Below are positions 9,607-18,497 of a DNA stretch of 64,000 bases, piece by piece. The notes beneath the pieces were generated by a model. It saw nothing but the letters and a program-made list of their open reading frames with translations, was not told the origin of the DNA and searched no databases. The DNA is from Myxococcota bacterium (GTDB lineage Bacteria > Myxococcota_A > UBA9160 > UBA4427): assembly GCA_036336835.1 (NCBI GenBank), contig JAYZFK010000088.1, positions 1 to 64,000 of the forward strand, in the 5' to 3' direction. The stretch's first letter is position 1, and the number at the start of each line of letters is the position of its first letter. The translations under genes were made by a program, and so were the position numbers.

Positions 9607-10953
9607 ATGCAGTCCAATCCTGGTGTTCGGCGACTGGCATCTCGCTTCTTGCTGGTCGTGTCGCATCTGTGTTGTTCCGTCCTCGCCGTCGCTTGCGGCG
9701 ACGACTCATCGCCGGGTGCGAATCGGCGCATCGATGATCGGCAACCAGAGGCCGCTACCGACGCTGGGTCGCTGCCTGAAGTCGATCCCGAGGAAGTCGC
9801 AGAGCTCCGAGCGCTCGGTTATGTGGAGGTGGGTAGCCCGCTAGATCCGCAGGTCGTCACCGGCGTCCAGGTCTATGACCCGAAGCTCGCAGCGCACGGC
9901 CTGAACCTCTTCACGAACTCGAGGCCCTGCTCGGCTCAGCTGATCGATATGGATGGTTCCGTGCTCCACTCGTGGTCGTACGAGCCGTGTCGCAACTGGG
10001 CCAACGCGATCCTCCTTCCGAACGGCGACCTCGTCGTTGCGGGGCGGGTACCGAACCGGCTGAACAAGGGCATGCGAGATGACTCCCGCTTTCTACTGAG
10101 GCTGGCTTGGGACGGCTCGGTCCGGTGGAAGCGGTCGATTGCCGCCCACCACGATCTCGACCGGAATCCTTCCGGCCAACTCCACACGCTCACCTATGCC
10201 CCCAGCATGCGACGACCCGAGATCGCCGGAGACGCGCCCGCCTGGAATGACTCGATGACGCTTCTGGCCGATGACGGGACTAAAATCGAAGAGGCGACGA
10301 TATGGGAGTTCTACGAATCATCGCCCGAAGTCGTCACTCTCGGGCCCGTGCGATCGAAGCGGACGAGTGATGGTGAAGAGGTCGATCTCTTTCACCTCAA
10401 TTCGATCGAGTGGATGAGGTATCCGGAGCTGGCCGAAGCGAACGAGATCTACAGTCTCGAGAACATACTAGTTTGCCTCCGGAACCAGGACGCCGTGGCA
10501 ATCCTCGACTGGCCTGCACGGAAGATCGTCTGGGCCTGGGGGCATGGCCAGCTCTCAGGGCCTCACGACGCGACATTACTACCGAGCGGCAACATCTTGA
10601 TCTTCGACAATGGCCTTGGAAGGAACTGGTCGCGTGTCGTCGAGGTCGATCCCCGCCGGGATCGGATCGTCTGGGAGTACCGAGCGGCCCATCCCGAAGA
10701 TTTCTACACCCCCACGCGAGGTGCCAGCCAGCGTTTGAGCAACGGAAACACGTTGATCACGGAATCGGACGACGGCGTCGCCTTCGAGGTTACCGCGAGC
10801 GGTGAGACCGTCTGGCGGTTCCAGAATCCGACTCTGTCGAAAGACAGGGAGCCCAGCGTGATCGTGCGGATGCGAAGACTCGAGGGGTTGAGCTTCGAAG
10901 AGCTGTCACGAGCCCTCGCATCGAATGATGACTCCCGAATCCGCTTCGACTGA
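9607..10953 (+). CDS. Arylsulfotransferase (ASST)-like beta-propeller, probable lipoprotein
   Basis: LAVAC lipobox-like; ELRALGYV; AHHD, DLFHLNSI, PHDATLLPSGNILIFDNG, QRLSNGNTLITES..G.AFEV motifs. Confidence 0.85.
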   Translation: MQSNPGVRRLASRFLLVVSHLCCSVLAVACGDDSSPGANRRIDDRQPEAATDAGSLPEVDPEEVAELRALGYVEVGSPLDPQVVTGVQVYDPKLAAHGLNLFTNSRPCSAQLIDMDGSVLHSWSYEPCRNWANAILLPNGDLVVAGRVPNRLNKGMRDDSRFLLRLAWDGSVRWKRSIAAHHDLDRNPSGQLHTLTYAPSMRRPEIAGDAPAWNDSMTLLADDGTKIEEATIWEFYESSPEVVTLGPVRSKRTSDGEEVDLFHLNSIEWMRYPELAEANEIYSLENILVCLRNQDAVAILDWPARKIVWAWGHGQLSGPHDATLLPSGNILIFDNGLGRNWSRVVEVDPRRDRIVWEYRAAHPEDFYTPTRGASQRLSNGNTLITESDDGVAFEVTASGETVWRFQNPTLSKDREPSVIVRMRRLEGLSFEELSRALASNDDSRIRFD

Positions 10954-11009
10954 TCCTCTTCCGCTGCCCGAGCCGGCGCGCTCAACCCGGTAGACTCGAG
11001 AGGTCGCGC

Positions 11010-12239
11010 CTACTGCGGGCCGATGCGAATCTTCGAGATCCGCTCAACGTTGACGCCAGCCGAGCTCAGCACTGTCCAGACGCCGGTGGGACTGCGCGCC
11101 TCGTGATTGGCCGCCACCACGTAGCCGGTGAGCGCGAAAGAAAGCAGCAACCCCAGACCGGTAGCGACCCGCACGGCGGCATCCCGACGCAGTTCCACCA
11201 CGAGCAAGACCATCGTGAAGACGAGGAAGATGCTCAGATGGCTAAAGAGATCCCAATCCTGGGCGTATCCGAGGCCGGGCTCCCATGTCCAGGCGTAGAT
11301 CGAATAGGGGATCGTCAGCGCGAGCAGGAGGCGTCCGTTAGGCGAGAGCAGGGCATCGCGCGCATCTCGCCCGCCACGGACCAGGGCGGTGGTTATTCCC
11401 GCGATGGCAATGGGAGAGTAGAGAAGCAAGAGAGCTGCCATTCCCTTCCAGTGGCCTCCAGAAAAAATTTCAGCCAGCGTCAGGAATCCCTTGTCGTTAC
11501 CGCCACCAAGTGCGTTCCCTACACCGTAGTATCGCTTCGAGAAACGGCCGTCGATTCCATCTTGGATGAGGTTGAGCACGTTGGCGTCGTAGTAGAGCGT
11601 CAAGATTGCCGCCCAAATCAACAGGTTGGGTACGCCAAAGCTCGTGACGCCGGCGGCGAAATCCCGCAGTCGGCTGTTGGGCGCGACTTCCCGCTGCGGC
11701 TTGATCCACGGAAGCGCAAGCAGGGAAGGCACTAGCCAGGCTGCCATGAGATGCGTGGCTGCGGTCAAAGCGAGCACCAGTGCAGCGCCGATGATCGATG
11801 CGTCTCCCCGCAGATACCGAAGCGCGTAGTAGAGATACGCGAAGCAGCCCAGCGACATGATCGAGTAGTGTTCGAGGTGGCCGAAGAAGACTCCGCTCAC
11901 GCCGTAGGACCCAAGGAGCGCGAGCATGCCGAAGACCTGGAACCGAGTCTGGGAAGTCAGCACACCCAGCGCCGCCCAGGCGTAGGACATGGAGAGCCCC
12001 CCCATTACGCAACTCGTCGCGGCGAGGACGTCCCGCGCGGAAACGCCACAAGAGCGCAACGCCAGGTAGGGGATCTGATAGATCACGAGAGAGATGGGCT
12101 CACGCAGGCGATACCAAAGGCCCCCTTCGAGGTATCGGATCCAAGCCTGCCAGTCTCCCGAGAAAGAGTTCTCGCGAAAGATCCAGAAGAGGACAGTAGA
12201 ACTCAGAACGATGAGCGGATACGTACCAAGTCGCAGCAT
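11010..12239 (-). CDS. Polytopic membrane protein, GT-C (PMT/DUF2723-like) glycosyltransferase-like
   Basis: About 10-11 TM segments, early acidic loop (FSGDW), FFGHLEHYS, late GYAQDWDLFS motif. Start could be upstream (12338). Confidence 0.6.
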   Translation of the reverse strand: MLRLGTYPLIVLSSTVLFWIFRENSFSGDWQAWIRYLEGGLWYRLREPISLVIYQIPYLALRSCGVSARDVLAATSCVMGGLSMSYAWAALGVLTSQTRFQVFGMLALLGSYGVSGVFFGHLEHYSIMSLGCFAYLYYALRYLRGDASIIGAALVLALTAATHLMAAWLVPSLLALPWIKPQREVAPNSRLRDFAAGVTSFGVPNLLIWAAILTLYYDANVLNLIQDGIDGRFSKRYYGVGNALGGGNDKGFLTLAEIFSGGHWKGMAALLLLYSPIAIAGITTALVRGGRDARDALLSPNGRLLLALTIPYSIYAWTWEPGLGYAQDWDLFSHLSIFLVFTMVLLVVELRRDAAVRVATGLGLLLSFALTGYVVAANHEARSPTGVWTVLSSAGVNVERISKIRIGPQ

Positions 12240-12755
12240 GCTCACGGCGCCACTCGAATCGGAATCAGTGCGGTCCCGCAGTCTCTTTGCTCGGATCGAT
12301 TGGAGCTGACGGGGCTCGTGTTCTCGGGGCACGTCCACTGCCAGTGGGTCCTACCGGTAGCGTAAGAGTGTCGGGCCTCCTTGGCGAGCGCATCAGCGTC
12401 CGCACCGTGAGGTTCGGATGGCAGCAGTGCCACGTCGTGGGGATCCCCGAGCACGAACACTGTGCCGAGCGAGCGACCTAGAACGGGCAGCCTGGCACTG
12501 AGACGAATCAGAGAGGAACGCAAGACGACTCCGCTTGACGAGAATATAGGAGCGTGATGCTAATCAGCACGGCAGCGATCGTCCTGTCGCTCGCGGATCC
12601 CGTGCACCCGATTTCTGGGGTCCAGAGCCCGAGGCGGAGCTCCAGCGCAATGCTTCCCGTCCCCGAGCTGGCCCGAAAACCGTCTCTGTCGCGTGGAGTT
12701 GCATCGGACCCGTGGCGGGTGGGCGGACTGCCGCGCGCTGCTAGCCTCACGGGTC

Positions 12756-13043
12756 ATGCCCAGGGCCAGTAGCAAGCGCGACGACACCGCGGCGAGCGAG
12801 CCGGACGCGCTGCCGTTCGAGCAGGCGATCGAGCGGCTCGAAGCGCTGGTCGAGCGGCTCGAAGATGGCGAGCTCGATCTCGAGGCCTCGCTGTCGGCCT
12901 TCGAGGAAGGGGTCGCGCTATCCAGGCGCTGTGCCGGTCAGCTCGACGCGGCCGAGCGGCGCATCGAGATCCTGGTGAAGGAGGGAGGCGAGACGCTCGC
13001 TCGACCGTTCGACGAAGTGGCTGACGACGAGGAGGCGGGCTGA
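12756..13043 (+). CDS. xseB: Exodeoxyribonuclease VII small subunit
   Basis: FEQAIERLEALVERLEDGELDLEASLSAFEEGV.L…C…LD.AE.RI. Confidence 0.95.
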   Translation: MPRASSKRDDTAASEPDALPFEQAIERLEALVERLEDGELDLEASLSAFEEGVALSRRCAGQLDAAERRIEILVKEGGETLARPFDEVADDEEAG

Positions 13044-13894
13044 TGGACCTGCCCGGCTACCTCGCCGAGCGGGTGCCGCTGGTCGATGCGGCGCTGGAGA
13101 GCCTGCTGCCGCCGGTCGATCGGCCCCCTCGCGCGCTGCACGCGGCCATGCGCCATCTGATCTTCCCCGGCGGCAAGCGGCTGCGGCCGGCGCTGTGCTT
13201 TGCAACGGCCGAGGCGCTCGGGCGCCGGCCCGAGGTGGCCCTGCCGGCAGCAGCGGCGGTCGAGCTGATCCACAGCTACTCGCTGATCCACGACGACCTC
13301 CCGTGCATGGACGACGACGCCCTGCGGCGCGGCCGGCCGTCGGTCCACGTCGCCTTCGGCGAGTCCACGGCCGTGCTGGCGGGCGATGCGCTCCAGGCAC
13401 TCGCTTTCGAAGCCCTGGGCGATCGCGCGGCGGATGCCGCGAGCGCCGTCGGGTGCCTGCGCGAGCTCGCCGGCGCCGCGGGGGCGTCCGGGCTGGTCGG
13501 CGGCCAGGTCGACGATCTCGCCGTCGAGCGCGGCGACGGCGAGCCGGCGACGCAGCTCGCGGGGCGCATCGAGTCCGTGCACCAGCGCAAGTCGGCGCGG
13601 CTGATCGCGGCGGCGATGGCCTGCAGCGCCCGCCTGGCGGGGGCCGACGAACCGGCGATCGACCGGCTGCGCGCCGCGGGAGGCGAGTTGGGCGTGGCGT
13701 TCCAGATTGCCGATGATTGGCTGGATCGCGAGCGGGACGAGACCTGCTCGCTGGTGCGTGCGGTGGGTGCTGATGGCTCGCGCGAGCGAGCAGAGGGGTT
13801 GCTGGCCTCGGCGCTCGGGCGGCTCGAAGCGCTGGGCGACGCGGCCGAGCCGCTGCGCGAGCTGATGCGCTTTGCGGTGCGCCGCAGCAGCTGA
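13043..13894 (+). CDS. ispA: Farnesyl/geranylgeranyl diphosphate synthase
   Basis: GGKRLRP, HSYSLIHDDLPCMDDD.LRRG, GGQVDD, FQIADDWLD; xseB-ispA-dxs context. Confidence 0.9.
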   Translation: MDLPGYLAERVPLVDAALESLLPPVDRPPRALHAAMRHLIFPGGKRLRPALCFATAEALGRRPEVALPAAAAVELIHSYSLIHDDLPCMDDDALRRGRPSVHVAFGESTAVLAGDALQALAFEALGDRAADAASAVGCLRELAGAAGASGLVGGQVDDLAVERGDGEPATQLAGRIESVHQRKSARLIAAAMACSARLAGADEPAIDRLRAAGGELGVAFQIADDWLDRERDETCSLVRAVGADGSRERAEGLLASALGRLEALGDAAEPLRELMRFAVRRSS

Positions 13895-13928
13895 GACCGG
13901 TTTCGTCAGCTCTGGTCGGGAGGGAACA

Positions 13929-15818
13929 ATGAGTGAAGAGCGATTGCTCCACGGGATCGGGTGTCCCGCGGATCTTCGAGCACTACCCCGCGAGCAGCTC
14001 GAAGGGATCACGGCCGAACTCCGCGCCGAGATCCTCGAGCGCATCTCGCAGACCGGCGGACACCTGGCTTCGAGTCTCGGCGCGGTCGAGCTGATCACGG
14101 CGATCCACTACGTCTTCGATACGCCGACCGATCGCCTCGTGCTCGACGTCGGTCACCAGGGCTATCCGCACAAGATGCTGACCGGGCGCCGCGAGCAGTT
14201 CGATTCGATCGGCAAGCAGGGCGGCATCGCCAAATTCCTGCGGCGCAGCGAGAGCGAGTACGACCACTTCGGCGCCGGCCACGCCGGGACGTCGATCTCG
14301 GCCGCGCTCGGGATGGCGCGCGCCAAGTATCACCGCGGCGACCCCGGCTACACGATCGCCTTGATCGGCGACGGTGCGATGACCGCGGGCATGGCCTTCG
14401 AGGCGATGAACCACGCCGGCCACCTCCAGGAGGGGCGGCTCGTCGTCGTGCTGAATGACAACGAGATGTCGATCGACCCGAACGTCGGCGCCATGTCGTC
14501 GTACCTGTCGCGCAAGCTGTCGGCGCCGATGGTGCGGCGCATGAAGCACTGGGCGCGCGATTTTCTCGGCTCGCTGCCGGGTGACATGGTGCACTGGGCG
14601 CGCAAGGCCGAGGAGTCGCTCAAGGTCTTCTTCTCACCGGGGCTGCTGTTCGAGGCGCTCAACTTCAAGTACGTCGGTCCCATCCAGGGACACCGGATGG
14701 ACGTCGTGCTCGAGACCTTCGAGAACGTGAAGAAGATGCTCGAGGAGGGCGACGGTCCGATCCTGGTGCACGCGATCACCGAAAAGGGCCACGGCTACGA
14801 TCCGGCCGAGCGCGATCCGCTCAAGTACCACGGCGTCACCACCTTCGATGTCGGCTCGGGCGAGTTCGCACCCAAGAGGCCCGGGCCGCCGTCCTACACC
14901 GGCGTGTTCGCCGATACGCTGATCGAGCTCGCGCGCGACGACGAGCGCATCGTCGCGATCACGGCGGCAATGGGACCGGGTACCGGCCTCGACAAGTTCC
15001 AGCGCAAGTTCCCGAAGCGCTTCTACGACGTCGGGATTGCCGAGCAGCACGGGGTGACCTTTGCGGCAGGACTCGCGACCGAGGGGATGAAGCCCGTCGC
15101 GGCGATCTACTCGACGTTCCTGCAGCGGGCCTACGACCAGGTGGTCCACGACGTGTGTCTCCAGAATCTCGACGTCACCTTCGCGCTCGACCGAGCCGGG
15201 CTGGTCGGGGCCGACGGGGCGACCCACCAGGGCCTGTTCGACTTCGCGTACTTCCGCACGCTGCCCAACACGGTGGTGATGGCGCCCAAGGACGAGAACG
15301 AGCTGCGCCACCTGCTGAAGACCGCGATCGACTATCCCGGTCCCGCGGCCGTGCGCTATCCGCGCGGCAACGGCGAGGGGGTCCCGCTCGATCCCGACCT
15401 GAAGGCGATTCCGCTGGGCGAAGCCGAGCTGCTGACCGACGGCGACGACCTGGCGATCGTCGCGATCGGTGCGCTGGTGCACCCGGCGCTCGAAGCCGCA
15501 GCCGAGCTGGCGAGCCGCGGCGTCTCGGCCGCGGTGTTGAACGCGCGCTTCGTGAAGCCGCTCGACACCGGTCGGCTGCTGCCGTTGGCGCGTCGCTGTG
15601 GAGCCGTGGTGACAGTGGAGGAGCACAGCGGGATGGGAGGCTTCGGCGCTGCCGTGCTCGAGGCGCTGGCCGAGGGTGGCGTCAACGTTCCCACCCGCGT
15701 GATCGCGGCGCCCGACCGGCTGCACGAACACGGCACCGCGCGGGCCGACCTCGGCCTCGATACCGAGAACATCGCACGCGTTGGCGAAGAGCTGGTGCGC
15801 GGCCGGGCGACTCGCTGA
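13929..15818 (+). CDS. dxs: 1-deoxy-D-xylulose-5-phosphate synthase
   Basis: GGHLASSLG, DVGHQGYPHK, IGDGAMTAG..FEA.N, DVGIAEQH, YSTFLQRAYDQ, DRAGLVGADGATH. Confidence 0.97.
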   Translation: MSEERLLHGIGCPADLRALPREQLEGITAELRAEILERISQTGGHLASSLGAVELITAIHYVFDTPTDRLVLDVGHQGYPHKMLTGRREQFDSIGKQGGIAKFLRRSESEYDHFGAGHAGTSISAALGMARAKYHRGDPGYTIALIGDGAMTAGMAFEAMNHAGHLQEGRLVVVLNDNEMSIDPNVGAMSSYLSRKLSAPMVRRMKHWARDFLGSLPGDMVHWARKAEESLKVFFSPGLLFEALNFKYVGPIQGHRMDVVLETFENVKKMLEEGDGPILVHAITEKGHGYDPAERDPLKYHGVTTFDVGSGEFAPKRPGPPSYTGVFADTLIELARDDERIVAITAAMGPGTGLDKFQRKFPKRFYDVGIAEQHGVTFAAGLATEGMKPVAAIYSTFLQRAYDQVVHDVCLQNLDVTFALDRAGLVGADGATHQGLFDFAYFRTLPNTVVMAPKDENELRHLLKTAIDYPGPAAVRYPRGNGEGVPLDPDLKAIPLGEAELLTDGDDLAIVAIGALVHPALEAAAELASRGVSAAVLNARFVKPLDTGRLLPLARRCGAVVTVEEHSGMGGFGAAVLEALAEGGVNVPTRVIAAPDRLHEHGTARADLGLDTENIARVGEELVRGRATR

Positions 15819-16591
15819 GAGGCGAGCGGTTGGATCAGCGGCTGGTCGCCGACGGACTGGCCGAGTCGCGCGCGCGGGCCCAGGCCCTGATCATGGCCGG
15901 CGTCGTGCTGGTCGACGATCTGCCGGTCGACAAGGCGGGAGCCCGCGTTCTGCCCGAAGCCCGGGTGAGGCTGCGCGCGGCGCCGGCGCGATTCGTCTCC
16001 CGCGGCGGCGACAAGCTCGCCGGGGCGCTCGACGATCTGGCGGTCGATCCCGCGGGCTGGCGTTGCCTCGACGTCGGCGCTTCGACCGGTGGCTTCACCG
16101 ATTGCCTGCTGCAGTGCGGTGCGGCGGCGGTCGTTGCCGTTGACGTCGGCTACGGCCAGCTCCACCCCCGGCTGCGCGACGACCCGCGCGTGCGGGTCCA
16201 CGAGCGGACGAACGCGCGCGAGCTCGCACCCGAGCACGTCGCCCAGCTCGACGGCTCGGTCGATCTGGTCGTGATCGACGCATCGTTCATCTCGCTGCGC
16301 CTGCTGCTCCCGGCAGTGGCGGCCGTGGCCCCGCACGCCCGGGTGATCGCGCTGGTCAAGCCTCAGTTCGAGGTCGGGCGCGACCGGGTGGGGAAGGGCG
16401 GCGTGGTGCGCGACGACGCCGACCGCCAGGCAGCGGTCGAGCAGGTGGCCGGCAGCGCGGCCCGGCTGGGATACGCCGTGGTCGGGCAGGTGGACAGCCG
16501 TCTTCCGGGCCCCAAGGGGAACCGCGAGATCTTTCTCCACCTCGGGCGCTCTGGAGCCGATAGCGTTGGCGAGAGCGAGATTTCGGGGTAG
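15815..16591 (+). CDS. tlyA: TlyA family rRNA 2'-O-methyltransferase (S4 + FtsJ)
   Basis: RLDQRLV..GLAESR.RAQALIMAG, FVSRGGDKL, LDVGASTGGFTD, LVKPQFE, GPKGNRE. Start codon uncertain (CTG 15815 or TTG 15830). Confidence 0.92.
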   Translation: MRGERLDQRLVADGLAESRARAQALIMAGVVLVDDLPVDKAGARVLPEARVRLRAAPARFVSRGGDKLAGALDDLAVDPAGWRCLDVGASTGGFTDCLLQCGAAAVVAVDVGYGQLHPRLRDDPRVRVHERTNARELAPEHVAQLDGSVDLVVIDASFISLRLLLPAVAAVAPHARVIALVKPQFEVGRDRVGKGGVVRDDADRQAAVEQVAGSAARLGYAVVGQVDSRLPGPKGNREIFLHLGRSGADSVGESEISG

Positions 16592-16610
16592 CCCGGCCTC
16601 AGGGTGGGGC

Positions 16611-16638
16611 TTGACGCGTGCCCGGCCCGTCCTACTTT
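16611..16638 (+). promoter_or_regulatory. Putative sigma70 promoter for iscA-iscS
   Basis: TTGACG-16 nt-TACTTT about 40 bp upstream of ATG 16678. Confidence 0.55.
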
Positions 16639-16677
16639 GGGTCTTCTCACGCCCGGCACTCCGGGGAAGGCAAGCAA

Positions 16678-17010
16678 ATGTCCCTGATCGACGTGACCGA
16701 GGCCGCGGGCGAGCGGATTGCCCAGCTCCTCGACGAGGACGGCAAGGTGGAGACCCATGGCCTGCGCATGAAGGTGATCGGGGGCGGCTGCTCCGGACTC
16801 CAGTATCAGCTGTCGTTCGATGATCAGGCCCGCGACACGGACAACGACTTCGAGGCGACGGGCGTCCGGCTGATCGTCGACGAGAAGAGTGCTCTCTATC
16901 TGGTAGGTTGCCGACTCGATTTCGTGGATACCTTGCAGGAATCCGGGTTCAAGATCGACAACCCGAACGCCTCGAACACCTGCGGCTGCGGCCAGTCCTT
17001 CTCGGCCTGA
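16678..17010 (+). CDS. iscA: A-type Fe-S carrier protein (IscA/ErpA, HesB family)
   Basis: GGGCSGLQY, LDFVD…GFKIDNPNA..TCGCGQSF. Confidence 0.92.
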   Translation: MSLIDVTEAAGERIAQLLDEDGKVETHGLRMKVIGGGCSGLQYQLSFDDQARDTDNDFEATGVRLIVDEKSALYLVGCRLDFVDTLQESGFKIDNPNASNTCGCGQSFSA

Positions 17011-17029
17011 GCCGCGCCCCGGGAGGTGG

Positions 17030-18193
17030 ATGCCTCCTCGACCTGCTCTCTATCTCGACCATCACGCCACCACCCCGCTCGACGATCGCGTGCTCGAGGC
17101 GATGCTCCCCTACCTGACCGAGGACTTCGGCAACGCGGCCAGCCGCAGCCACGTGTTCGGCTGGCGGGCCGAGGCGGCAGTCGAGCAGGCGCGAGAGTCG
17201 ATCGCCGCTGCCCTCGGTGCCGAGCCTCGCGAGGTCGTCTTCACCAGCGGTGCCACCGAGGCCAACAACCTGGCCCTGCTCGGGGCCGGCCGGCAGCGTG
17301 GCCGCAGCCGCGGCCGGAAGCGCATGGTTGCCCTGGCGACCGAGCACCCGGCCGTGCTCGATCCGCTCGCAGCGCTGGGTCGCGAGGGGCACGACGTCGA
17401 GATCGTGCCGGTCGAGCCCGACGGCCTGGTCGATCTCGAGCGGCTGCACGCCGCCGTCGACGACCGAACCGCGGTCGTCTCCGCGATGGCCGCCAACAAC
17501 GAGATCGGGGTGCTGCAGCCGCTGGCCGAGATCGGAGCGATTGCCCGCGAGGCGGGGGCCTGGTTTCACAGCGACGCTGCGCAGGCGGCCGGCCGCCTCG
17601 CGTTGCGCGTCGACCGGGAGCCGATCGATCTGCTCTCCCTCTCGGGCCACAAGCTCTATGGACCCAAGGGTGTGGGCGCCTTGTTCGTGCGAGCCCGCGG
17701 GCCGCGCGTCGTGCTCGAGCCGATTCTCTATGGCGGTGGTCACGAGCGGGGCCTGCGCTCCGGGACACTGCCGGTGGCCTTGATCGTTGGATTGGCAAAG
17801 GCCCTCGCGCTCGCCCTGCTCGAGCGCGAGACGGAGTGGGCGCGGTTGGCCGGCCTGCGCGACCGGCTGTGGCGGCGCCTGTCGAGTGAGCTCGAGGGTG
17901 TTCGCTGCAATGGTAGTCGGGCGCAGAGGCTCCCGGGCAACCTGAACGTCTCGTTCGAGGACGTGGAGATCGACAAGCTCCTGCTGGCGCTGCCGGACCT
18001 CGCGCTCTCGACCGGCTCGGCTTGCAGCTCGGCCACGCCAGAGCCGAGTCACGTGCTGCTGGCGCTGGGGCTGACCGAGCCACTGGCGCGAGCGTCGCTG
18101 CGTTTCGGTCTCGGCCGGAGCACGACGGCCGCCGATCTGGATTTTGCCGCGGACCGCGTGGTCGAGGCGGTTCGCACGCAGCGCGGCCGATAG
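17030..18193 (+). CDS. iscS: Cysteine desulfurase (IscS/NifS group I)
   Basis: YLDHHATTP, FTSGATEANN, SGHKLYGPKG (PLP Lys), RSGTL, STGSACSS (catalytic Cys). Confidence 0.93.
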   Translation: MPPRPALYLDHHATTPLDDRVLEAMLPYLTEDFGNAASRSHVFGWRAEAAVEQARESIAAALGAEPREVVFTSGATEANNLALLGAGRQRGRSRGRKRMVALATEHPAVLDPLAALGREGHDVEIVPVEPDGLVDLERLHAAVDDRTAVVSAMAANNEIGVLQPLAEIGAIAREAGAWFHSDAAQAAGRLALRVDREPIDLLSLSGHKLYGPKGVGALFVRARGPRVVLEPILYGGGHERGLRSGTLPVALIVGLAKALALALLERETEWARLAGLRDRLWRRLSSELEGVRCNGSRAQRLPGNLNVSFEDVEIDKLLLALPDLALSTGSACSSATPEPSHVLLALGLTEPLARASLRFGLGRSTTAADLDFAADRVVEAVRTQRGR

Positions 18194-18497
18194 CGCTACC
18201 CTGCGAGCCCTCGGTGGGAGGCACTTGGCAGCGAGGCACGAGGAAGCGGCCGGGGAGAGGCCGAGCAACATCACCCGCCACCAAGGCAAGGTCGCACGCG
18301 ATCGGCTGGGTGAGAGCCGGGACGGCGGTGGTTTCATCGAGTCCCTCATAGCCGCGAGCGTCGAGACCTGCGAAGGGCGCGGGGTCAAGAGTCGGGATGC
18401 GAAGGCGCGCAAGAGCGAGACTCCTGAGCTCACCAGCGCCTCTCTCGAGAGTTGGTCATCTCGGTCGAGCCGGCTGGGCGGCCGATGTGGGGAGACG

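Noticed and set aside
12242..12750. Short ORFs and a TTGACG box upstream of the GT-C-like gene and xseB
   Set aside because: No recognisable product, and no -10 at canonical spacing from the TTGACG.
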